Assembly: GCA_020137815.1 (NCBI GenBank)
Contig: CM035351.1
Coordinates: forward strand, 9,796,001 to 9,860,000
Length of the DNA stretch: 64,000 bases
From: Hormiphora californensis
Lineage: Eukaryota > Animalia > Ctenophora
Reading direction: 5' to 3'
Shown piece after piece: positions 1 to 13,198 of this stretch (its first letter is position 1; every line of letters begins with the position of its first letter). The notes beneath the pieces are model-generated. The model saw only the letters and a program-made list of their open reading frames with translations. It did not search any database and was not told the origin of the DNA. The translations under genes were made by a program, and so were the position numbers.

Positions 1-169
1 TGAACCTAAAGAAGCCTGTACTTAACGGAGTCGTGTGTGTAACTGGTTTCTTTCTCGGGACCATCTACCTTTTCGATTCTGGATTTTTTTATTTAGATAT
101 TGCTGATCACTTTGTGACCAGCTGGTGTTTGTTACTTCTTGGATTTCTTGAAACTGTCGCTGTTGGATG
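1..169 (+). CDS. SLC6/NSS sodium:solute symporter, penultimate coding exon (5' partial; TM9-TM10 region)
   Basis: Frame 3 reads NLKKPVLNGVVCVTGFFLGTIYLFDSGFFYLDIADHFVTSWCLLLLGFLETVAVGW, matching the SLC6 G-x-Y-x-x-x-x-D..E-x-x-x-x-G-W pattern. It ends at a TG|GTAAGT donor (phase 2). Confidence 0.85.
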
Positions 170-595
170 GTAAGTTATCACTGCGTTATTTGTAGATCTC
201 ATTGAGATCGATCGAAAACTTAAAGGTCATTTTTTGATTGGTTGCGAAATGAAGGAGCTATTATACAATGCGCATATCAAAGGTTGACAAGATACCTAAA
301 ACTTTTTTTCTATCTTATTTTTTCGATTTATCCGATGTGCGTGTTACACTGAATCTTCAGACTTTTGAAACTTAAGTCAATGACCCCGAGCACTCGAGCA
401 GGGTATACATTCCAAATTTAAAGTTAAACGGATGCAAAGGAGCCACGCTATAGCCTTCTGAAAACTGGTTTTTCAGTCAAACACCCGTAAAACGTATATA
501 AGCTGTGCGGCGCGGTACCGAGACCGGTGCTTTTCAGAAATATCAGTTCAGTAGGGCACGGCGGGGGATATTGGGGCAAAACTAATGCACTGTGC

Positions 596-1528
596 TGCCA
601 ATTTTCGATTTGCCGCATACGGCGTCTAGACGGATGTAGCAACGCCGTCTAGACGGTCTCTAAAATCCGCTAAAAACTGTACAAAATTGCTTGAAACGGA
701 GTAAAAGGTGTTTGATCAAGCTTGAGACGGGTTATAGACGGTATCAGACGGTGTTGCAACGGTATCAGACGGTCTCTAGACGGTACCGTTTCGGTGTCTA
801 GAAGGTGTCTATATATGAACTATGAACGCTGTAGCTTGGCGCGTTATCAAGTTGGCTGTCGCAAAATCTCGCGACTCGGTTTCAAATACCGTCAAAACAA
901 CTTCTACAGCGATTTCGATACAAATACCATCTAAACAACGTTTCAAGTACAGTCGGACCACGATTTATCGGCCCCCGATTTAACGGCAGGAAAATCTTCT
1001 CCCTATGTAGGAAATTAACAGTATTTGACCCCATCTAGACACCATCTAGACACCTTCTAGACCCCATCTAGAGACCGTCTGATACCGTTGCAACACCGTC
1101 TGATATACCGTCTATGACCCGTCTCAAGTTTGATTAAGCACCTTTTACTCCGTTTCAAGCAATTGTGTACCGTTTTTTGCGGATTTTATCTAAACCCGTC
1201 TAAACGGTTTAGGGGTCAGCAGTCAGCAGTCAGCACAAACCAAAGTTTAAATTAAAATTAAAATTTTGATTTTGACGCCGCACGTTAAAATTTCTCTCCC
1301 CCATTCTAAAAGTAACAATCTCGCGATGATTTTGTCATCCAACGCGACCGTTGAAATGGTGCGGGAGATTGTTACTTTTAGAATGGGGAGAGAAATTTTA
1401 ACAGCGCTAGTGTGCGGCGTCAAAATCAAAACTTTAATTTTACTTTTGGTGTGTGCTGACCCATACCGTCTAGATGGCGTTGCTACACCGTCTAGACGCC
1501 GTATAATGCGGCAAATCGAAAATTGCCC
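596..1528. mobile_element. Palindromic MITE (GGGCAA-ended family, gtctagacgg subrepeats) in the SLC6 intron
   Basis: Ends caattttcgatttgccgcatacggcgtctagacgg / ccgtctagacgccgtataatgcggcaaatcgaaaattgccc are inverted. Same family as 61992..63280. Confidence 0.75.
1213..1462. mobile_element. GGGTCA-ended MITE nested in the previous element
   Basis: Terminal inverted repeats gggtcagc..caaag / ttttggtgtgtgctgaccc. Same termini family as 48759..51878. Confidence 0.7.
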
Positions 1529-1598
1529 ACTAACCTTTACAGCTAATTTAATCATTGCAGCTGCAAGTTATCAATATTTTATTTTCCAAAATGTTCAG

Positions 1599-2283
1599 GT
1601 TGTTTCGAGTGAAGGACCAATTCGCGAAGGTTGGATATTTCTCAGTCATTCTTTATGACATTTGCTTTTTCGTGTCCATCACACTTGGGGTCATTATTGC
1701 TCTGAGTGGAAACAAGGACAGCGACGTGGATGTAATTTGGGTGGGGGTTTTCATAGGAGCGTTTGTTTGGATTTTCGGTCTTGTGGCCGCTGTATTGCTC
1801 TCAAAAAACAAGAGCAGGGGAGGAGGTATCCTGGAAAAAGTGTGGGATATTGCTGGATGGCATGGTCCTGATGTAATTCGGAACGTGATAAATAGCGAGT
1901 ACTGTGCAGATTGGATACCTAACGAACGGTTTGCGGAGATGCAGGCCTGTATTCGGGTAAATTACGTGTCAATTACACATGGTTTTCTTGTTAAGTACAT
2001 AATACCAGGCATTCTTCTGCTTTTACTCGGCCTTGAGGTCAATCAAGATATCCAACAAGGATACAATTCCTATCCCATGGAGATGCTAATTTTAGGGGTT
2101 ATCATTGTTACAACGGTCATTTTGACCATTCTGGTTGTCATGATATGGCCTAGAATTTGGTATGACCCACGCATGATAGGAGATGAAGGGAGTACATTTA
2201 CCAAGTGGTTAAACTGGATAGCTGTGCCATCTGTTATACGAGGAAAAGAAATCATAAGCCGGCAAGATAGCAACTTTGCCTGA
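1599..2283 (+). CDS. SLC6/NSS symporter, terminal exon
   Basis: The ttcag|G acceptor at 1598/1599 completes the split Trp codon in frame with ORF 1555..2283. It encodes four hydrophobic segments, including LVKYIIPGILL (TM11-like) and GYNSYP..LG (TM12-like). Stop TGA at 2283. Confidence 0.85.
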
Positions 2284-3114
2284 TTAAAAAATTATATTAT
2301 AGGACTATTATGTTTTCCATTTCAATTATATCTTTACATTTTGTCCTTAAAGTGAGAGTGGACAGAATCAGAATTGGACAAGTTTGTTGTAGGTAGTAGA
2401 GATTTAATTAATAAAATCGACCCATCTATCTATTGTTACTTGTGGGCAATTCCTGTGAGATCAATATTTATGAAACAGGATAGAAACAATCTTTGTTTTA
2501 CTAAAAAATCTCTATTATAATTTGGAGATGAACGACGTCGAAGTCGAAGTCGTTCGTTAGGCGGTATCTAAGCGACAGTGCTCCTTCATAAAACACTTTA
2601 TGTGACCAAAGCTGTAAAGCTGTCATTCACACTTTTTGAACTTCCAGTGGAAGTTTGTTAACATTTTCGAATGACTTTTAACATGCCAGTCCCCATAGTT
2701 ACCGATTCAGTTGCCATGGCAACCGTGTTATTGCCGTTGAAAGGGGCGAAAAGAACCGCCCGGCGAAGCCGGGTGGAATATCAAAAAGCCCTTACTTGAG
2801 GCGCACCTAATGGGTGCGCTAGTTCTTTGAATTTTTAATATGCTGACTTGCATTGCTCACTCAAACCGTATAGAACAAATCTTTGTGTTTTAGTAGCACT
2901 AAATTGCATGCCACATTGCGCGGCTCACATTTCCTGAAAAGGTGCCATTGAAGTATTTGATGAAGGAGCAACACTGTTGTCCCTCGCAACTGAGCGGGTT
3001 ACGTTATTGGTGACATAGGCGGGACACACACTGAAGTTGGGCGCACTCGTTCAAATCGCGACACACACTGAACTTCGAAGTTCGAAGTTTAGCGAAAACC
3101 CATTTTTGGCTGAC

Positions 3115-3517
3115 TGTTGTATAGTCGGTTTGTCGTCTTATCTGTTTTACTCATTCTCTCTGTATCTCATAAACTAATAATCACGGTAGTGCTCGGTATG
3201 TTGCCTAGACAACAGCTGAACACTGACATGAATACACCAAACCATAAACATGACGGCGTGACGTGTGGATCTGTATCTGTCGAGGATTCGGAGGACGTGG
3301 CGTACTGCATTTGTTGCATTGTTATTGAGATGACGAGTTGTTATGTCTACGGATGAGCTACGGAGGATCGATGGATGACGTAGAGGAGAACTATAAGAAG
3401 ACAAGCATTCTCTCTTTTCATTATTCCAATTCCAATCTATATTCCAATTTATATTCTCGTTCCCAAAACCCTTCACCGAGAGTCGTTACGTGTTTCACCC
3501 TATACGCGGTTACTTCA
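3115..3517 (-). mobile_element. Probable solo LTR
   Basis: TG..CA termini (minus strand TGAAGTA...ATACAACA), about 400 bp. It interrupts a host repeat ggctga|gaaat seen intact (inverted) near 6225-6250. Flanks tgac/tgag resemble a 4-bp TSD with one mismatch. Confidence 0.5.
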
Positions 3518-3684
3518 TGAGAAATCATTTATAAGAGGCTGCGGATTACGGGGGGCCCCGTACCAGTCGCCCGTACCAGTCGCCCGTTCATTTGCTTTGC
3601 GCATTACGTTTCACCACAACGAAACACATGTGCGTGAGTGTGATACACTTTGTGGTGAAAGTGCGATGAAACATTAAAACGTAA

Positions 3685-4873
3685 GGCTATAAGCATACTG
3701 ATCGTGATGATCATAATCAGGTCAGTGTGCGGAGATTTTGATGGTCACCATCAAAGAAGCGCACACACTGATGGTTATCATCATGATGGAGGCTTGATGC
3801 ATCATGATGCTCTCAAACCATAGTGTGTTCACGTTTGATCATCATAAACCATAGTGTGCGCAGGTTTGATCATCATAAACCATGCTCAACTTGTTGGAAC
3901 TTGCCTTTTGATCATGATCATCATGACCAGTGTGCTCAGCATGATGATGCTATCTCCCCCTTGCCTAGTCGCGCGCTCTGAGAGACTATTGCATATCACG
4001 TGACCTGTACAACAGCCTCTCGCGCGCGCGAAGTCGTACCACGTGGTACATATCACATGACTACAGTGCAGTCCTCCATAAGAATAAGATCAGAACGTGC
4101 GCACACTAGGTGTTGATGATCATCCAACTTAAGGCTATAAGCATACTGATCGTGATGATCATAATCAGGTCAGTGTGCGGAGATTTTGATGGTCACCATC
4201 AAAGAAGCGCACACACTGATGGTTATCATCATGATGGAGGCTTGATGCATCATGATGCTCTCAAACCATAGTGTGTTCACGTTTGATCATCATAAACCAT
4301 AGTGTGCGCAGGTTTGATCATCATAAACCATGCTCAACTTGTTGGAACTTGCCTTTTGATCATGATCATCATGACCAGTGTGCTCAGCATGATGATGCTA
4401 TCTCCCCCTTTGCGAGTCGCGCGCTCTGAGAGGCTGTTGCATATCACGTGACCTGTACAACAGCCTCTCAGTGCGCGCGAATTCGTACCACGTGGTACAT
4501 ATCACATGACTACAGTGCAGTCCTCCATAAGAATAAGATCAGAACGTGCGCACACTAGGTGTTGATGATCATCATCCAACTTAAGAGACGGCTCCAGGGC
4601 CAGCTCTTACGTGATGATCATAATGTTCCGCATACTGCAGTTTTTTGCAGATGATGATGATCAAAACCATGAGCACACTTCATCTTTTTAACTGATTATG
4701 ATCATCACGATCAGTATGCTTATAGCCTAAGAGACGGCTCCAGGGCCAGCTCTTACGTGATGATCACAATGTTCCGCACACTGCAGTTTTTTGCAGATGA
4801 TGATGATCAAAACCATGAGCACACTTCATCTTTTTAACTGATTATGATCATCACGATCAGTATGCTTATAGCC
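3685..4873. mobile_element. PIF/Harbinger-like MITE (GGCTATAAGC termini, TAA TSD), outer copy
   Basis: TIR of about 33 bp (ggctataagcatactgatcgtgatgatcataatcag), with TAA on both sides. Confidence 0.85.
4133..4727. mobile_element. PIF/Harbinger-like MITE inserted into a copy of itself
   Basis: Complete copy of about 595 bp flanked by TAA. The host sequence caact-taa|gagacggctcc resumes exactly. Confidence 0.9.
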
Positions 4874-5458
4874 TAATGAGCAAAGCAAAATATGCATATA
4901 TGTACGGGCGACTGACCTACGGGCGATCTATACGGGCGATCTATTCGTAATCCCCCGTGTAACTTATTTACTGGTACATTTCTCGAGGTGTCCTTTATCC
5001 ATACTGAGTCAATTTCACCGTTTTTGAAATTTTTGGCAAATCCGGTCACAGTAGTCCCAATTCACCAAAAATTTTAAAAACGGTGAAATTGACCCAGTAT
5101 TGATAAAGGACACCTCGTAGTAGGGTCGGTTGTGGAAAGTTGGGTCTGGAATTTTAAATTTGACTTGCTGATATGATTAGGGATTCTATAAAAAGTTCAA
5201 AGTACCATCCCACAGGTCTCTATAGTCTGATTTTAAATAACTGTCGTTTTTACAGCACTCGATTTTGCTCTATTACGACAATATCTCCAGTTCCTGATAA
5301 GATAGAGACTTGAAATTTGGAGGTTAGGAAGAACTTAGCATGTTCTTCGCAACCCCCAAGTTCAAGTCTTTATCTCATCAGGAACCGGAGTTATTGTAAT
5401 AATAGAGCAAAATCGAGTGCGGTAAAAACGACAGTTATTTAAAATCATACTATAATAA

Positions 5459-5692
5459 CACGGGGGATTACGGGGGCTCGAATAGATCGCCCGTATAGAT
5501 CGCCCGTACCAGTCGCCCGTACATTTGCTTTGCGCATTACGTTTCATCGTACTTTCACCACAAATAAGGTACATGCGCGTCACGTGCAGGTGTTTTGTTG
5601 TGGTGAAACGTAATGCGCAAAGCAAATGTACGGGCGACTGGTACGGGTGACTGGTACGGGCGACTGGTACGGGCCCCCGTAATCCGCTGCCT
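5459..5692. mobile_element. MITE family B, uninterrupted copy
   Basis: Internally palindromic (gcccgtaccagtc subrepeats). It splits a palindromic host element. Confidence 0.75.
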
Positions 5693-7043
5693 TAGAGACC
5701 TGTGGGATGGTAAAGTCGAATTTTTTATTTAAGCGACAGGCCGCCGCACACTCAATTAGTTAATTGGTCATATCTCCGGTTCCTGATAAGATAAAGAGTT
5801 GATCCTGGTTGCGTTGGAAAGATAAAATTTTTATCTTTCCAATGGCACCAAGAAAAAGTCGCTAGCTTATCAGGAACCGGAAATCAATTTTAAGCACTGC
5901 ATTTTGATGCGCGGCGGCCTGTCGCTTAAATAAAAAATTCGACTTTACTTTGAACTTTTTTAATCAAGGGACAGGGGCCGCGCATTTACAAAAGTCTTTT
6001 TGCGCGTGCTAAACGTTTTCGCTCATATCTCCTGTTCCTGATAAGATAAAGACTTGGTCTTTGTTGCGTTGAAAAGGTCTTAAAATTATCTTTCCATCGC
6101 TTCCGGGTTCAGGTCAGGAACTTGATCTCGATTATCACGCGCAAATACAAAGCCGCGCGACCCCTCTGAATGCGTGGCCCCTGTCCCTTGATTAAAAATT
6201 CGACTTTAGCATCTTTTACAAACAATTTCTCAGCCGAAAATGGGTTTTCGCGAAACTTTGAACTTTTCCGCGAAACTTCGAACTTCGAACTTCAGTGTGT
6301 GTCACGAGGTTGAGAGTTGAACGCGCGCGACTAACCTCAGTGTGTCTCCCCCCTTAGAATGGGGGAGAGAAATTTTAACCTTGGTGTGTGGTGACTGGTG
6401 ACCCTTAGTTAATTGGTCATAGTTTAGCAGAGTTTGAGTAGCTGAGGTTCCAGATTGGCTGAGTTTTATGCCGAAGAATGAAGAAAGAAGACCCATAATA
6501 CATACCGTTTTTCTCAATACGTTTTTCTCGATAAAAAACTTGTCAAGGACTCTTCAGTGAGTGTGTGTTTGAAGGACAGCTAATTTATAATTTATTACCG
6601 AATCTGTGTATACTAGAGTACCCGTTTGCTGGGAACCCGTGACCTGGTAAATGGTAATTTATCCTCATATAACCGGTGACATTTGTGTTTGATTTTTAAA
6701 AGATAATTTGTTTGTTCCTTAGAGCAATGAGTCTCATAGTAGGAGCGGTTAGATCAGCACGTGCAGAAAGTCGCGCGACGCGTGCCACCCTAATCTCAGG
6801 TTACTCTCACGGCTTCATTTCGCATCCAATCCAAAAGTGACCTTCATAAAACCTGCAGTAGATCTCCTTAAGGAGAAGCGAAAACTTGAGGGACATTTCT
6901 TGATTGGATGCGACCTCGAGGAGCTATGACAATGCGCAAAAAGGGGTGGCGCGTGACTTTAACACGGGGGATTACGGGGGCTCGAATAGATCGCCCGTAT
7001 AGATCGCCCGTACCAGTCGCCCGTACATTTGCTTTGCGCATTA

Positions 7044-7314
7044 AAGTCGAATTTTTTAATCAAGGGACAGGGGGCCGCGCATTCAGAGAGGTCGCGCGGC
7101 GTTGTATTTGCGCGTGACAACCGAGATCAAGTTCCTGGCAATCTTAAAACTTGAACCCGGAAGCGTTGGAAAGATAATTTTAAGACCTTTTCAACGCAAC
7201 CAAGATCAAGTCTTTATCTTATCAGGAAGAGGAGATATGAGCGAAAACATTTAGCACGCGCAAAAAGACTTTGTAAATGCGCGGCCCCCTGTCCCTTGAT
7301 TAAAAAATTCGACT
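7044..7314. mobile_element. TA-flanked MITE family C (aagtcgaatttttt termini)
   Basis: Inserted at gcgcat-ta|cgtttc of family B, duplicating TA. Related copies at about 5712..5947, 5955..6207 and 15620..15797. Confidence 0.75.
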
Positions 7315-8394
7315 TTACGTTTCATCGCACTTTGACCACAAATAAGGTACATGCGCGTTACGCACATGTGTTTTGTTGTGGTGAAAGTGTGGTGAAACGT
7401 AATGCGCAAAGCAAATGTACGGGTTGGGCACGTCGCGCCCCCCATGTTCGCGCGCCCGTAGGGCGATCCCCTCACATAGGGGGCACAGTCACGACTAGGG
7501 CACTCGTAGAATGCTTCGTTCTGCTAAACGGCGCTAGTTAGCGTTTTAATTTTTGGTTTTTCTGATCGGTCATGTTCTAAATGAATGCAACGAACATGTC
7601 TCGATTTGAAACTCTCAAAAACCGTGGCGTAATCGCCGATTTGCTCAAATCGGTTTTTTGGCAATTACGGGAGAACGGAATATCCATAAAATCCCAAATT
7701 CTGGGATATGTTAGAAGAGACAATTTGACACCTTCGTGTCGAAGGATTTGTCTCTTATTCTTCTGGTCTTCAACTGACGGCCATTTGAATTAATTTGACC
7801 TCTCTTCCCCCGACCCTTAGTCCCACTAAACGACAGCTTTATAAGTAACCATCTTTTTTTCCCAGGTAGAGAATCCCTTGAACTGGTGCAACGTATAGGT
7901 GGATAAGCCAGAAACGATTTCTGGACAGAGGAATCGACTCTCAAAGTTGGATGATTTCAAACAGTGATTGGACTTTTTGGGACACTTTGACTTGAAAAAG
8001 ATTGATACATTTATCATTTTCCGACATAATTTTACCTAATTTGACCAACTAAAGTGTTTAATTAATCGTTAATTGCTTAATTAAGAAAATCGGACGCGCA
8101 AATATACAAACGCGCTTGTTTTGGACAGAAATTGCGCGCGCTGAAGAATCTTCAAAGTGAATCGTGACGGCGCGAACTGAAAAAGTTGCGCGGTTTTTTT
8201 TCGAAACTCGAAAAGTCAAGAATATTTTGCGCACTATGCCACGGATCAGGACCCATCCTCTTCTAAGGGCCTGCAGCAAAGACAAAACTTTTCCGGAACT
8301 ATTGAAAATCTAAGCGATGAATTATTCTGAGGCTCGAGCGACCTATACACAGCGTATGGCGACATTTAAAGGATTCTGATCGAAACGTCTACAG

Positions 8395-8823
8395 AAAGTT
8401 CAGAACGTCTACAGAAAGTTCAGAACAGTGCGACACGATACATATATGGGAAAAGAGGAAAACGCGGTGTAACAAAACTTCGCATGAAATCACACTTCTT
8501 GCCTGTGTGTGAAACAGCGAATAGAGTACAAAATTTGCTCGATGGTATACAAGATTCTTCATGATCAATCCCCTCCATACATGTCTGAGATGTTAGTGAA
8601 GCGGCCCCAGAAAGTGAAATCACTCCGAGTGGATAATGACGTCACCGCTCTGAAAGAGGCGCGGAGGAGTGAGTACCACTACGAGAACACTAGAGGCGCT
8701 TTCAGTATTGCTGCACCTAAATTATGGAATCAGCTACCACGATCAATCGGGGACTCAGAATCCCTTACTACTTTTAAAACATCCCTGAAGACGCACTTGT
8801 TCTTTAGAGCATACAACCAATGA
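8395..8823 (+). mobile_element. LINE (L2/CR1-group) ORF2 C-terminal fragment, 5' truncated
   Basis: LQKVQNSATRYI..HFLPV / KQRIEYKI..VYKIL..P.Y..RGAFSIAAPKLWNQLP..FKTSLKTHLF, the typical L2/CR1-group C-terminus, with a frameshift near 8505. Confidence 0.85.
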
Positions 8824-8929
8824 CCGGCAAAATAATCCTCACTTCCCTACATCCACATGGATTCCTGAGTAACTACCGTCTCTAACTCCTATTCCTGATT
8901 CCTGGGCTCCCTTTTTCTCGTGTATTCCT

Positions 8930-9390
8930 TCACATCGATACCTGCATCCTTTCTCTCCTACATTATTCCATGTTGATCCCTGGGTCCTTTACTCCTACCT
9001 CCTCCACATCGCTCCCTGGGTCCTTTCCCAACCTTACTTCATATCGATCCCTGGGTCCTTTACTCCTACTTCCACTCCACATCGATCCCTGGGTCCTCTA
9101 CTCCTACCTCCTCCACATCGATCCCTGGGTCCTTTACTCCTACCTTACTTCACATCGATCCCTGGGTCTTTTACTCCTACTTCCACTCCACATCGATCCC
9201 TGGGTCCTTTACTCCAACCTCCTCCACATTGATCCCTGGGTCCTTTACTCCAACCTCCTCCACATCGATTCCTGGGTCCTTTCTCTACCTTGCTCCACAT
9301 CGATCCCTGGGTCCTTTCCAACCTCCTTCACATCGATCCCTGGGTCCTTTACTCCTACCTCCTCCACATCGATCCCTGGGTCCTTTTCCT
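8930..9390 (+). repeat. Minisatellite, 36-39 bp unit (cacatcgatccctgggtcctttactcctacctcctc), in the LINE 3' region
   Basis: About 11 tandem degenerate copies. Confidence 0.9.
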
Positions 9391-12300
9391 TGCGCTGCTC
9401 CATATCGAGCACATCCTCATTCCTCATTCTAAAAACTATTTACAACATCCCTTCTACACGCTACTCATCACCTGTTATCACGACAGTTGATTGATTCTGT
9501 TTTTTGTACATACATATACACACTGTGATATTGAAGAGTGTTTGAATTAGACGAGATAACCCAGCTAGAGGTAGCTACGGGCGGAAACGTCCGCATGTTG
9601 GACATATATATTTTTTTAAATTTGTGAACCAATATGTTTAGTGTGTTGGCGGGGTGTCAATAATAACATTTATTTAATTTATTGACATTATAAATATAAT
9701 TTTAATCTTGTAATCTTGTAATCTTGTAATCCATTTCAACTGAGATAAAAATTTGGAGCTCAGGAAGATCATGTTTAGTTCTTATTCCTTAATGAGCTGA
9801 GGTGACATAAACGAACTTCAGTTGGACCTGCTCAAGGTATCAGAGTGTTGTCAGGCACTGACTGTACAGTGTACAGGTTGTGCGGTGTACACTGTACACC
9901 GCACAACCTCACGTAGCCGCACCGGGCCTAAGGCTCGCCGCGAAGAGGACAGTTCACTTTATTGTATAAAACTTTTTATTTTTAAACATTGTAAACCTCT
10001 CTAGTGTGTTTCATGGCGAAACGAGGAAATCTGACGAGTGACGAAATGGATAAATCTGAATGAACGGTACAAAAACCCAGGATTTGATGCCCTCCAAACA
10101 TCAATTTTATCACTTTTCTAATTGGATACTGCGTTCTGGATACTGTGTTTAGTATCCCATGCTTGGCACTCTCTCAGATACTCAGCAGGTAAGATATGCT
10201 ATCACCACGAGAAGTGGGGGACACAAAGTCATAACCCAATTTGATCCAAGCGACAGTGCGCTCAGATGGGGTCGGCGGCGCAAGGCAGCACCCTTGACCC
10301 GTGATAACAATCTCCCCTATTTCAGAGAACCACAGCAGTGAGTAGCTGCAAGATACTTCCCAGTTATTATTCAACGTATCTTCCACAATGTTCACAGACC
10401 AGAACTTACAAGAAAGGAGAAGAAATTGAACAGCTACCATTACCCCCTGATCTCATCACCATCCCCTCACTCTGGTAGGTGATAGTTTTGTTTCTTGTTA
10501 AAGTCCACCTGGAATTTGTACATAAACTAAAGATACATATATTAAACACTGCCATTACAACTATTTTAGAACCCCTTCTACTCATCCCCTTGCCCTATCT
10601 CCAGGTAAACAAACATGAGTTTAGAAATCTGGTGTTGAGGTGACATGACAGCTGTGAGATGACAAGAGGGAATGGTGGGTGTGCCAGTCTCAATTCTCAT
10701 CTCTGTAAAACGGTAGGCACCACTGAAGTTATACCAAATTTAATGCACAGTATTTTTACACAGTACAGTTATACGCAGTTTAACAGTACACACATACGTC
10801 ATACATGTATTACCAACACTGCGGGTTCGTCACCAAGGGAATCTCAAAACACAGTGGTTCACCAAGTTTACAACTGTTTCGGGAGATAGTTTTGGTGTGT
10901 ATTTTGGGTGGGGTGATGTTCAAGAGGTCAGCCGAAATTTACACTGTAGTAGAGTCGATTAGCACACATGACTCTCGCAATTTTTACTGCCTCATCGTTA
11001 TTGCCTGGCTCTATCCTCTTTCCGTGCGCCCCGCCCTCTTTTACAAATGTAAAGGAGAGTTATAACATCGTTATGGGTCTTACGCAGCATGTTGAGAATT
11101 TATATATATATTTGCCATTTGCCAACCTGCTCTTGACGTTATATCTGTAACCCACACACTCAATTCCAGGTGTTCAACGGTTGTCCTTCTCAAAAATAGT
11201 CCATCAGAGGATAACTACTATCTCAGACCCTGCTAGTTATTGATGGGAAAAGTGGTTATGTTGCATGTCACGCTCCTCTGCTCGCCGTCAAGTGGTTATG
11301 GCATCGACATTATAAGGTGAGAGCAACCAGTAGTTTATACTTTGTAGTTCTCTATACTAGTAGTTGACAATTCAAAATATTTTAATTCTATATGTTTTCT
11401 CTCGCCCTACCTGCTACCATTCTATGAATTCTCTCTCTTTCACCCTCAGTAGCTGTCAGTCTCTCCCTCACTATCTCTCTAGCTCTATCTACCTCTCTCT
11501 CCGCCTCTCTCAATCTCCCCTCTCTTTCTTGCCCGCGTAGCGAACATGAGGGGCGCGACGTGCCCAACTCTCTTTCGTTGTAGTACTGGATTTAAGATAT
11601 CTCACATGTGATCCCATCCTTCTAGTTGTGGGTGGTTGTCTTGCGGGTGGTTGTGTTGCGGGACCGGATCACTAGAATTTGATGTTAGGTTTATCAATTG
11701 TTTAGCAGACATAGCCCCTGGCAACCGTGTATCTTCCCTGGGTGGTATTAATTCCACAACCTTCTTTTTCCATTTTTGGTGACCCCCTGAAATTTATAAA
11801 ACTTTCCTAGTAACCCCGTAGGGCTATTCCCAAGATAGCAGAAATGAAATCTAACCTATTCTCTCTACAGATAACTTTACGATAAGAGAGTCGAAGGATA
11901 TTTTAAACTGCACTGGGGAATCAATAATGAGTTGTCGAACCGAATGGTGAGTTTACAGCCCTCTAACACTGTCCCCCCCCCCTTTACCAACCCTCTAACA
12001 CTGTTCCTCCTCTAACACTGTCCCTTTTTACCAACCCTCTAACACTGTTCCCCCTTTACCAACCCTCTAACACCCCTTCCCTCTCAGGAAGGAGATCTTG
12101 AAGAGGAACAGTCAGGCCCAGCTGCAGTCAAGAGATCCCCACTGGAAGCTATGACCCAGACTGATAAGGAGCTAGATCGCATCTCGACCTGAAGCTGATG
12201 ATGTGGAGGATTACTGTGATAAGGTTTGTGTCCAGCTCTAACCCCATTTAGGTTGCTTTTTCAATCCCCTAACTGCTAATTTACACTCCCGTGTATGGTA

Positions 12301-13065
12301 AGCTGGGGCAAAAGTGGCCCATTTTTAATTTATACAGCAGGAGAAAAAAATGTATAGGCTACCCAATGAAACGTTTTCCTTTCAGCCGGGCTAAATTTTA
12401 AAACCTGCAAGTTTTATAATATTTAATGGGTTAGTTAATCAATTCAAATAATTTGGTGATGCTATATTTTATCCCACCCCAACACCCCTAACTCACCCCC
12501 TAATCAACCCCTAACACCCCATCTCCTCCTCTCCAGGACCACTCAGAGCCGGAATCCGAGTTGAATGTAACAAACTGCACCACATGTTATTATGACGGCA
12601 ACTGTGGGTGCTGTTGTGATGTCTGCTGTGATGTCAGGACATTGAAGAAAAAAATTCCTTACTCCCCTAACACTGCATACATCATCTACTGACTGCAGTA
12701 TTGATCCAGCTCCATTTTAGCTGGTTACATGGAATGGGAATAGAATTATAAATGCAGTGAATGGACTCATAAACAATACCGAACATTAGAAGGATCCCGT
12801 GGTAAAAATAGGACACTGGACACTCTTTGTTGGACACACATTTTTTGGATCGAATAATTTTTGAGAATAGTATGAGCAGCAAAACTGACCGTCCCATGAG
12901 GTGTTTTAGGATGTTCTCAATTCTTACTCTGTGATATTAAAAACACAAATCTTAGGTATCCATTTCTATATATTACAGCGGATGGAAATTGGAAAATTAG
13001 TTTTGAATACATAGAAATCATAAATATATTCCCCCCCCCCAAAAAGTGTGCTTTTTGCTAATATA

Positions 13066-13198
13066 CAGTCGGTTCCCGATTTACCGCGATGCTCGGGGGA
13101 AAGATATTGCCTGATAATTCGGGGTGCCCGGGTCAAATAATGTTAATTTCTTATCCCGGCTCGGGTATATCAACGACCGGTAAATTGGGGTCCGACTG
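13066..13198. mobile_element. Short Tc1/pogo-like MITE (CAGTCGG termini, TA TSD)
   Basis: ta-cagtcggttcccgattta ... taaattggggtccgactg-ta. Confidence 0.7.

Larger units (their letters stand above)
3536..4959. mobile_element. MITE family B (cacgggggattac...taatccgctgcct), expanded by nested Harbinger-like MITEs
   Basis: Same ends as the uninterrupted copy at 5459..5692 and the split copy at 6963..14060. Confidence 0.7.
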
